64,000 nt of DNA from Octopus vulgaris. Lineage: Eukaryota. The first letter of the stretch is position 1. Each line of letters begins with the position of its first letter. Below the pieces are notes generated by a model. It saw only the letters and a program-made list of their open reading frames with translations. It made no database searches and had not been told where the DNA came from. Where the stretch lies: assembly GCA_951406725.2 (NCBI GenBank), contig OX597814.1:223758001-223822000 (forward strand), written 5' to 3'. Positions 52,565 through 64,000 of this stretch are shown piece by piece. Made by a program: the position numbers and the translations under genes.

Positions 52565-53060
52565 TGTATGTATGTATGTATGTATGTATGTATGTATGTA
52601 TGTATGTATGTATGTATGTATGTATGTATGTATGTATGTTTGAAAGCTTATGTATAAATATATTTTGAAGAATTGGAATATTCTGCCTGTTCTTGACTAA
52701 CTTGATATCTTTCCAGCCTTATCTTTTAAGGTCTAAGGAGGATAGCTCTTTTACTTTCTTCCTTTTTATTCTTATTTTTTACCTTTTTAGTTTTTGTATA
52801 ATCGTTTTCCGTTTTTCCTTTTTCCGTTTTCTCCGTTTTCTATATGCTGCCTTCTCAATTTTTTTTTGCGTTTCTTCTATTATTCAATATCTTTAATTCG
52901 TTATGACATGTTGTTTACACCTGAAAAATATGTTTAAGTATTTCTCAGCATATGAAATTTTAGTAGCACTTAAATATATGCATTGTCCCCTTCAAATAAA
53001 TAATATTTATCTCTCAACAGATGAAGTACTCTTTTTGTTGAATTTTCTATCATGGAACAG

Positions 53061-53100
<40 letters not shown>

Positions 53101-53104
<4 letters not shown>

Positions 53105-53331
53105 GTTGTGCAAGATGTTTTATGTGAAGTCGTGTGTTGAAACAGATATTGTTGTATTTAGGAATGGTCATTTTGCCAGTTTAGCCAATAAACAGGAGTG
53201 TGACGAAAGAACTCTGGCCGAAATAAGATTAAGATTAATGTAAAAAATAAATAACACTGAAGCAAAGTAACACCAAATATATAGTGCGTGTGTTTTTATT
53301 GGCTAAAATGGCAAAATGACCATTCCTAAAT

Positions 53332-53341
<10 letters not shown>
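53101..53341. mobile_element. Short fold-back element within (TA)n
   Basis: 53146-53195 is the reverse complement of 53292-53341. Confidence 0.75.
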
Positions 53342-53381
<40 letters not shown>

Positions 53382-53668
53382 GAAGCATAAGGAAAGGAAA
53401 AACTTGTAAGCAGAGACAAACTCTAATGTAGTTCGAATCTAAGCTGGTACAGAACCAATATACATTCTACAAATCATTTCGGAACCTAATTAATTCCAAA
53501 GATAAAGACGAAAGCCTCTTCATGAAATACAAATTAGATTCCTCATCAGGAATTACATACTGGTATAAATGCTTACGACCAACAAAAATATACAAAGACC
53601 TTTCGTAGCCCAGACGTGAACAAATAAATGAAAGATAACAGGAATACCAAATAGTCATGAGTAGAAAT

Positions 53669-53750
<82 letters not shown>

Positions 53751-54539
53751 GTGTGTGTGTGTAAGTATAATGTCCTTATTTAAACTTAATAATATGGTAA
53801 AATTAAACGAAAATAAAGATAAAAATCTTTTGTTTACAAAATAGCCTTCTACAAGTAAAACAATAGAACAGATAAAAAGAGAGAGAGAGAAAGAGAGAGA
53901 GTAGAATCGGTGAAGGGAGAGGAGAGAAAAAGTAATACAGTGAAGGAGAAGCGGAGAGAGTAATAGTCATGACTGAGAGAGTATTGAGCGTTTGAGAAAG
54001 AAGAACGCGTAGTGTATCTTCTGTTCTCCAAATATAAATGAGAAACGAAGGGACGAATAAAGTAAAAGACAGCCAGTATATTGGTTCTTCTGCTAATTAT
54101 ATTAAGAAAAGGGTTTCGAATCATTACCATTCCTTTAGGAACAGAAATAGGGCTTCTTCTACTAGTCTTAGTAATTTCATCTAGAATCTTAAAGACAATA
54201 ATAAAATGTACTTTATTGAATTGAGCATTTTAGGGCTTATAGAATTGGTAATAAGTTCTGATCTCTTTGTTCTGAGGAATTATTTTTGATTGTATTTTCT
54301 AGAAGAAGGCTGCTGAACTCTAAATCTGAAAGGGTTTTTTTTCTGTGTTCATCAGAATAAATGCGTGTTTAAACACCTTAAATAAGGTCTATTATAAGTG
54401 TTTTTTTAGATGATTTAGTGGTTTTCGTGAGTTTGATCATTTCGGTTTCACCCTTTGGTTTTTACTCCTCTAATTGGTTCCTATAGCTTTGTTGATATAT
54501 ATATATATATATAAACCAAGCTAGAGGAACCAACTAGAG

Positions 54540-54716
54540 GATAGATCAGTGGCTACTGCACACATTTTCCCCTCCTTGTTTCTTTCTGTGTTCCTTTCTG
54601 TGGAAGAGCGTAAGCTCGAAACGTTAAAGACTTTTTCAATTCCCGAGCGTTATACTAATACATCTGTTTGTTTTCTACACCACCTGTCTTGGTCTTTTGT
54701 TTTTTTCGTGAATTCT

Positions 54717-54720
<4 letters not shown>
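54540..54720 (+). mobile_element. Short element family H3
   Basis: Homologous to 7575-7727 and 14868-15055. Confidence 0.8.
54594..54629 (+). ncRNA. Hammerhead-like motif with variant core CUGUGGA
   Basis: CTTT CTGTGGA A GAGC GTAA GCTC GAAA CG TT AAAG. Confidence 0.55.
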
Positions 54721-54774
<54 letters not shown>

Positions 54775-56742
54775 CTGGCTATCCTTGTTGCTTATTTTGA
54801 TTTAATCCCCTTATTTTGAAATTGTATGGATAATACAGTACTAAATTCTGGTGCCTCAACTTAAGTACCATATTGATCTGAATCTATATATATATATATA
54901 TATATATATTTTAAGATTTTGGGAGTATTTTAATTTCGGTCTATCTGTGTTTGTGAGACGGTGGATTTTTCCATTTAATTCATTTAATTATCTTACTACC
55001 GTTTTGTTATTTCCATATTTATTTATTAGCTGACCCGTGCCGTTTATAATTGATGGCTAATTGTTATTTAGACAAGATACAAAATGAAGTACAGAACAAT
55101 CACAGATACAAGCATTCAAATATTTCTCAATCACACGCTTACATACACAAACAAAATAGGAATTATCTCAGGTTTTTTTTTATCTTCAGGGTCGTACGTT
55201 TCCATTACGCATGCATGGGAACGTTTCCATTACGCACGCACACACTCACACATTCCCACACACACATAGACACGCACACGCATACACACACAAACATTCA
55301 CATACCTACCTTTTTCATATACACACGTATACACATAAACCCACACAGAGTTGAATGGCTGTCTTTTACTTTATTCGCCCCTTCCTTTCTCATTCATATG
55401 TTGAGAACAGAAAATACACTCCGCATTTCTCTTTCTCAAAAGGTCATTACTTTCTCTCACTCTTTCAGTCATGGCTATTACTCTCTCTGCCTATCCTTCA
55501 CTGTATTACTATTTTTCTTTCCTCTCCCTTCACTGATTCTACTCTCTCTTTAGCCGTTCTATTATTTTACTTGTAGAAGGCTCTTTTGTAAACAAAAGAT
55601 TTGTTTTTTATTTTCATTTTCGTTCGATTTTACCATATTATTAAGTTTAAATAAGGACATTTATAAGTACATATTTTTTCTAGTTTTGAATATCTGGCGT
55701 TCTTGTTATCTTTCATTTATTTGTTCACGTCTGGGCTCCAAAAGGTCTTTGTATATTTTTGTTGGTCGTAATCATTCATACCAGTATGTAATTCCTGATG
55801 AGGAATCTAATTTTTATTTCATAAAGTGTTTTTCGTCTTTGTCTTTGGAATTCATTAGACTCCGAAATAATTTGTAGAATGTATATTGGTTCTGTGCCAA
55901 CTTAGATTTGAATTGAATTAAAGTTCGTCTACACTTACAAGTTTTTTTTTCTTTTCCTTATACTTCATTTTCTGTTTTCGCAAATACTGAATATATATTT
56001 TTATATATATTCTTTACTTAGACTGTACCGGCAGACTTGGATGTTTGACATCCCTTTGAAGGATTTCAGTCCTCACCTCTTATATATATATATATATATA
56101 TGTATATATGCAATCAAAATAAGCAGCAAGAATATCCAGAGATAATGCAGTACGATCGTTTCATGCGACTTCATTTAATTGAACAATGCAAATATTACAT
56201 CAGTTTTAAAATGTAGAGCAATCTTCAGGGGGGTATATTCATTTATGTAAATAGACAAACGCTGTTCCCCTTCAGTAAATCACACTCATTGGATATACTT
56301 TGACCTGAGATAAAGTTACAGTTGCCTCAGAGTGGAATCGAACTCGCAATCACACAATTCTTCACCTACGCTCATATACGAAAGTAAGCGACACAAGTGT
56401 GGTGTGAACCACAATACACATAAAATATATTAAACACTGGGCGACGGATGTCAACGTTTTTCATTCTGTGTTTATTCCCTGTCTCTTGTAGAATTATTTT
56501 ATCGTCGTTGTTTACAGTCTTTGTTTCATTGTTCCTATAAGAGTTGATGCGTTTGTTCCAGGTGTTAGATCAAAATGATGGAGACAATAAAACAGATCGT
56601 ATGACATTGCTATATAAACAAATGAAATAAAACCAAAAACGTGTTGCTTTAATGTAAGTTTGTCGGTGGGTGTATGTGTGAATATATGTACGTGTACACA
56701 CACAAACACAGGCACAAACATGTATATATATATATATATGTA

Positions 56743-56774
<32 letters not shown>

Positions 56775-57078
56775 CATTTATACATATATATACACAAACA
56801 CAGACGTACACACATATAAACTTATACATACATATATATACATACATATGTATGTATATATACAACACATATATGTATCAATATATGTATATATGTATAT
56901 ATGGATGTATGAATATTTATAGATATGCGTGTTATATATAAGTACGCATATATTTAGCACATATATATATATATATATATACATGTATAATAATATATAT
57001 ATGACACACACACATGTATATGATAATGTGTGTGTATACGTGTGAGTGCCTACGTATAATTATGAAGGTAGTGCCTAC

Positions 57079-57905
<827 letters not shown>

Positions 57906-58068
57906 GACTGAAACAAATGAAGAGAATAAAAGAATATACTTTGCATTTCTTAAGCCATCATGTTATATACTAACAAACACTATCAGTGATAACAATATAT
58001 ATATATATATATGTGTGTGGAGAAAAATATATATGCATGTACACAGGTTTATGGGTATATATATATAT

Positions 58069-58104
<36 letters not shown>

Positions 58105-58286
58105 TCTATATGTAAATATATATATATGTATGTGTCATATTTATATGTCACTGGAAGATATTTGAAGTGCGTACTGCGTGTGTAACCCAGTACATGTTGT
58201 ATGTCGGGTGTTTGCGTGCGCGTAAACCGGCAACCCCATGTATGCGTGTGTGTGTGTGTGTGTGTATGTGTGTGTGTGTGTGTGTG

Positions 58287-58323
<37 letters not shown>

Positions 58324-58963
58324 TAGTACACTGTGATAACAGAAATATTGGCACACACATATAAACACAAAGTTGACATAGAATTGTGTGTGGACACACA
58401 ACACACACACACACAGATATATATACCATATATGTTGTTGACTGTGTGCCCGTACACCTTGAATACTGGTGGTTGGTAAGAAGCTGTGGTCTCCCAACCA
58501 TGTGGCACCTTAGACGAGTGTCTTCACTCAAAGTCTCTGAATCACCAAAGTATGTACAGGCTGGCTTTGGGGTCGACGGAAATTGCTAAAGAAGCCTCTC
58601 GTAACGTCGCCGTGAGCGCTACATCATCTGCATGATGTGAAAATATTCCATCAGCATTGCCGAAATGATGCTTGGCAACCTTTAAGGTACATCCAAGGCT
58701 TGGGGTGCCATCGCCCATACAAAAAAATATCTCATAAATAACAATACGGCACATTCTTTCACCTCAATTTATTCCGCTTCACATTACACAAAACACTGAA
58801 ACAGAATAAAAGAATAAAAGCTGGAGGATCTACTTCAAGAAATCCCGGATAAAACTCTGTAATATGTGTAACTGTTCACTTGATATAGTGCAAATATTGA
58901 CTTGATAGACTTGGTGGTGCTATTAATTAGACATATGGACCAATAATGCATGACACCTATAAA

Positions 58964-59010
<47 letters not shown>

Positions 59011-59108
59011 GGGGACAATATTCCCCAAAATGAAGAAGTTCACGAGATTCCGGTACTGGGTTCGATCCCACAGGCGGTGTGATTAAGTATATTTGGGGTG
59101 TGGGGGTG

Positions 59109-59142
<34 letters not shown>

Positions 59143-59379
59143 ATAATTGTGGCACATCCTCTATAAACACCTGACAGCAGAATTGTTCCTGGGATTCTCC
59201 AACTTTCCAGTCGAGAGATATCAACTCATTATAACTTCTCTTCTTGCGACCCCACCTTGAATACTGTTGTCCACTGTGGTCTCACACAAAACGTATCATA
59301 AAAGTTGAAGCACCTCAAAGGTCAATCACAAAAAAGATAGATGGCATGACAGGCCTGTTTGTCGACTAGAAAAGCTAAA

Positions 59380-59810
59380 TATTCTCTCCAACGTCGCCGT
59401 GAGCGCTACATCACGCAGATGTGGAAAATATTCCATCAGCATTGCCAAATGATGTTGGCATCACCTTTGACATCCAAGGCTTGGGCCCCGTGCCATCCGA
59501 CCAACAAAAATCGCACTCTCATCTCATAACAACAATACGGATTCTTTCACCTCAATTGGCCCCGCTCTCTTTACATTACACCAGAAACACATTAAAACGA
59601 AACAGACCCTTAGGGCAGAAGTCTTTGGACAGATTCCTTCAAGAAATCCCGGATAAACCCCTACCCGGATATGTCTCTGTAAACAATAACTCTCTACTTG
59701 AGTGGGCCATAGGCCCAAATTCTGACTTGAAAGACTTCGACCCAGGTGGTGCTATTAATTTAGACATCGAAATAAGGCCGAAACCTATCAAAGTATATAT
59801 TTTTGAAATA
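59380..59810 (+). pseudogene. 3' end of a CR1/L2-group LINE, indel-rich; a more degraded duplicate lies at 58600-58965
   Basis: SLQRRRERY..MWKI, PNDVGITF, SLDRFLQEIPDKP, NSLLEW. Confidence 0.75.
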
Positions 59811-60328
59811 TATAAAAACAAAATATAAATTTGCCCGGCGGCAACAACGCTTGACCCCAAGTGTTCCAGGGTGTTGCACACATGATCACGAGATCGTAGT
59901 TTCAATTCCTGGACAGCAGGTGGTGTATTGTGTTTTTGAGCAAAACACTTCATCTCACGCTGCTCTGCGATCACGTCGACACTTGACGTTGTACGCCGTT
60001 TCTGTAGAGATTCCGCTATGTTTTCCTTAGAAGTACGAGTTTCAACTCATTATACCCTGTTTATAAACAAGAAAGCAACTGAAACAAATGGAAAATATTA
60101 ATTAAAGGTAGTTGAAGTGATACTTAATTTCCTGAAGCTGTAAAATTCGCGTATTGAAGATGTTCATTATTCCGTCATTCCAAACACTGTCTCCAGTGAC
60201 TACCGACTCAATAAGGTTTATTATTTGAAGCCGTCACGTAGAGGGAATCTCATATAAACTTCCAATACACTGCATCCTCCAAGAGATTCTTTACGTATAT
60301 TTTATCATGAATTCTCTCTCTCTGTCTC

Positions 60329-60394
<66 letters not shown>

Positions 60395-61518
60395 AATTAT
60401 TTCTCAAACTAACAACCATCTGTCGACCTCTAGGATCAGTTCTTATTTACAAAAAGGATAAAACAAATCATTTTTTTAGAACAAATCAGACTCCGTAACT
60501 TTCTCAGTAACGTTTCATCGGTCTAAGAGCACACGACAGACAATCAAGCCGATTATACGACCTCAGTAGCGTAACTGGTCCAATAGACCCCGAAAGGATA
60601 AACAAACACCTCCAATTTGAACTCCAGAACCAGAATCACACTATGGATTCCGTTTAAAGTCATACCCAAGAGACTTATACAGCGCTGTGTGTTGAAATTG
60701 CTTCTTATTGCAATTGTGTGTGAGCAAATCTAAATGGAAAGATGTTAGCGGACTTCACAACCACGTTTTAAGGAAATCCCCACAATAATAAAGCTTTAAT
60801 GATGAAAGCATTACTCACGCTGCTCCTAAGCAACAGATTGTAGCCTCTGTAGAACACAGAGCAACATTTCCTTTATACTGTTTACAAACAAGATATAAAG
60901 AAACCATAAAATTTCAATTTCCAAGAATACTGTCTAATCTAAACAAAATCAGGTGATGAAGACTACGGAAATTACTGTTACTTCACATAAAAAGTAGTAG
61001 TTACAAACGATAAGAACACTTTATTATTTGAAGACATAAAGGGATATTGTACATGATTTTTTTATAACTTCCAATAATTTAAAAGATTTTTAAATTTTAA
61101 TATAATATAATCGTTCTCTATACAACATACACACACACACACACATACACATATGTATGTGTGAATATATATACGTACGTATATATATTGTGAATATATA
61201 TATACTTACGTATATATATATATAGCTTTTGCTGGTTAATAGCACTCTGAAGAAGCGGCAGTTAACACCAAAATGCACACCAAGAAGCAAAATTTTAGTG
61301 TGCACGAAATTGCAGTAGGAACATATGTAGTAGGTGCAGAAATGGAAAGACATGATTGACAGCAGAATAAAACTGGATATGTAAATCTCCGTTGAAATAT
61401 ATATGAAAGAAGGTTTGAAAATGCAATTTTAAAGACGTTTATTCACTTGATCGGTTTCACATTTTAGAAATGTGTTGCGTGTGTCTGAGTATGTTTGTGT
61501 TGTTTTAATTGTCCTTGT

Positions 61519-61553
<35 letters not shown>

Positions 61554-61736
61554 ATGAGCAACTGTATGTGTGTGTGAGGGTGCATATGTATGTGTGTGTG
61601 AGTGTATTTATCAACCAACCTCCCACACTGTCCCTTAAAATATCAAACAATCCTTAGCTACACACAAGATAAAAAATGCCAGAAAGACAGGTTGGTTCCT
61701 CTGGAATTCTTTGTAAACTCTTAAATAGATCTCCTG

Positions 61737-61779
<43 letters not shown>

Positions 61780-62547
61780 TACCAAACAAACATGATTTTT
61801 ATTGAACTCCTAATACTTTTTGTTGAATATTTTCTTAAATACTTTCTTGTAAACTGTTTTCTACATTTTCTTATTATTATCAAAGAACGTATATATGTAT
61901 TTTAATACTTTTGTGACAACCAGAGCTTAACAAAACAAATCTTATGCAAAGCTTTAAATTTTACTTTTGACAATCTTTTTTTCTTTAAAAAAGTGAAACC
62001 AGCCAAGTGAATAAAACATCTTTGAAATTGCATTTTCAAACCTTCTTTCACACACACACATATATGATTTCACTAGTAGTTCTAATCAATTTAATTTTCT
62101 AATAATATAATTTTACAGTTTGGTTTTTTGGGGGGATCTAGTAAGTTCATTGCTAACTTCGGTGGCGAGATTTTTAAAAGATTCCTTGTTAACTTTTCTG
62201 GAGAAATTTCTCGCATTCGTCAGTGGAGATTGTCAAACTTATCTCAGGTTGTGTTGTGCTGTGTGATTCTATATATAAAAGATTTGGGTGTGTCTCGGGT
62301 GGGGCGGGGTTTTGTTAATGAATGTGTGATAGAAGGAATGTTAATGAATAAGAGCTGAAAGAAAATAGTGAATGGTAAAAACAAGATAATTGATTGAGGA
62401 TGGAGTTGAGAGGTGGTGGGGTGTTTAAGCAGAGTTTTATGAAGGGCTTCTGAAAGTGATCTCCTGCTGATTCCATTTGTGAAGTCATTCTTTTCCTTTT
62501 TCAAAAGTACAAATATATACATATATATAATGTTCTTGCTTGTTCCT

Positions 62548-62824
62548 TCACGAGCCATGCCTGGCTCACTAGGGCCGGTTTCCCGGTTTCATTGGTGTAT
62601 AGGTTCCCCGTCGACGGGGAACTGCTAGATGCAGGAGGAGGAAAGAGTGAGAGAAAGTTGTGGCGAAAGAGTCAGCAGAAGTTCGCCATTACCTTCTGCC
62701 ATAGCCGCCGTGGGGCTTGGGTGTTTTTCGCTCATAAACACACACATCACCCGGTCTGAGATTCGGACCCGCGATCCCTGGACCACGGGTCCGCTGCTCT
62801 AACCACTAGGTCATGTGCTTCCAC
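62548..62824 (-). mobile_element. tRNA-derived SINE with the same head/body as 12108 but a family-B-type tail
   Basis: Revcomp GTGTGTGTTTATGAGCGAAAAACACC...CTCTTTCGCCACAA...GAAACCGGGAAACCGGCCC. Confidence 0.85.
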
Positions 62825-62830
62825 CATATA

Positions 62831-63130
62831 TACAGGGTTTGACAAAATAATGGAAACACCTTAAAATATCAAACAAATTTATTTTAATATGGGGTTGGAC
62901 GACCTTTGATAGTAATTACAGCTTGAATTCTACGAGATATGGACTCGTGCAAAGTTTGAATTGTTTGCAAAGGAATTTTTGTCCATTCTCCAGCTAAAAC
63001 AGTGTCCAGTCCTTGTAGTAAAGATAGTGGAGGATATCGACTCCTTACTTGTTCTTCTAAAATGCACTATAAATGTTTGATAATATTGAGGTCTGAGGAT
63101 TTGTGGTGACCAGATAAGATGTTCATTAAA
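62831..63130 (-). mobile_element. Tc1-like transposon end fragment
   Basis: TA-CAGGGTTTGACAAAATAATGGAAACACC terminus; revcomp WSPQ/SDLNIIKHL resembles WPPQSPDLN.IE.LW. Confidence 0.65.
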
Positions 63131-63314
63131 ACGACATGCTTTTCTAGCGAATTTCATAAAGATTTCTATGTATGTGTAAACAAATATATAAAAGAGTAAA
63201 AATTATATTATCGTTCGGGATCCGAGTGAATACTCATGATACTAAATGCTGTTGAAAAAGGGATAAGAATGGGATGAGCTGTGGGGAGGATCGAATATTC
63301 TTCATCCAAATAAT

Positions 63315-64000
63315 CCTTTCTACTATTGGCACAAGGCCTGAAATTTTGGCAGGGAGTAAATCGATTTCATTGACAGCTGACCCTAGTGCTCAGGTGGTAC
63401 TTATTTTATCGACCCTCCTCGAAAGGATGAAAGCAAAGAAAATCTCGACGGAATTAAATCTCAGAACGTAAAGCCGGAAGAAATGCCGCTAAGCGTTTCT
63501 TCTGACTTTTACGATCTTAATTCAAATCTTACTAAGGTCAACTTCACCTTTAATCCCCTCGGGGGAGAGAAAATAAAGTACGTGTCAAGTACTCCGGTAG
63601 ACGTAGTCAATGTGCTCTCTTGTCCGATTGCTGGCCGAAATAAATCGATTTCATTGACCCTAGTGCTCAGGTGGTACTTATTTTATCGACCCCGAAAGGA
63701 TGAAAGCAAAGAAAATCTCGACGGAATTAAATCTCAGAACGTAAAGCCGGAAGAAATGCCTTCGGCATTTTGTCCGACTGGCTAAAAATTCTGCCATCGC
63801 TTCCTCCTTTCTCTTTATATAAATGATAAGTTCAAATTTTAGTGACAACACCAGCAACTTCGAGTAGGACATCGACCCCCAGAGCTCAGATGGTAACTTA
63901 TTTTATCGGCCCGAATAATGAAAAACAACCTCAACTGAATTTGAATTCAGAACGTAAAGCCGGAATAAATGCCGATAGGCATTTTGCTCGACGCGCTAGC
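63315..64000 (-). repeat. Tandem cluster of Nin-domain SINE fragments
   Basis: 63379-63488 is nearly identical to 63655-63760; a third diverged unit lies at 63870-63990. Confidence 0.85.

Larger units (their letters stand above)
53379..55968. repeat. Large inverted repeat (~600-bp arms), probably Penelope-derived
   Basis: 53379-54075 versus 55357-55968; the near-identical ORF-track translations 53467-53694(-) and 55686-55877(+) confirm it; KRSELIT remnant on the minus strand near 54250. Confidence 0.85.

Noticed and set aside
61245-61325. CTGAAGA...GAAATTGCAGTA hammerhead candidate
   Set aside because: Stem I does not pair; too degenerate to call.

Overview
AT-rich, microsatellite-saturated eukaryotic DNA with no convincing host exon; it reads as intronic or intergenic animal sequence. 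The SINE families and (TA)n/(ATT)n landscape look like octopus/cephalopod DNA (pattern recognition, not a database result). Contents: one 5'-truncated but frame-intact CR1-like LINE (1238-3593); a second, frameshifted CR1/L2-group LINE (8071-9594); decayed R4/Dong-like, LINE-ORF1, Tc1/mariner and Helitron pieces; a TTAA-flanked MITE; and about 20 tRNA-derived SINE copies. The least obvious signal is a population of short non-coding elements sitting in (TA)n tracts, many built as asymmetric fold-backs. They carry minimal type-I hammerhead-ribozyme motifs (stem I-CYGANGA-stem II-GAAA-short/palindromic stem III-UH-stem I') and lie alongside decayed Penelope-like GIY-YIG remnants. They include head-to-head ribozyme pairs, recurrent non-canonical cores and a tRNA-headed SINE with a hammerhead-shaped module. 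Nearly all short ORFs in the supplied track are microsatellite translations. Repeat boundaries were read by eye and are approximate.
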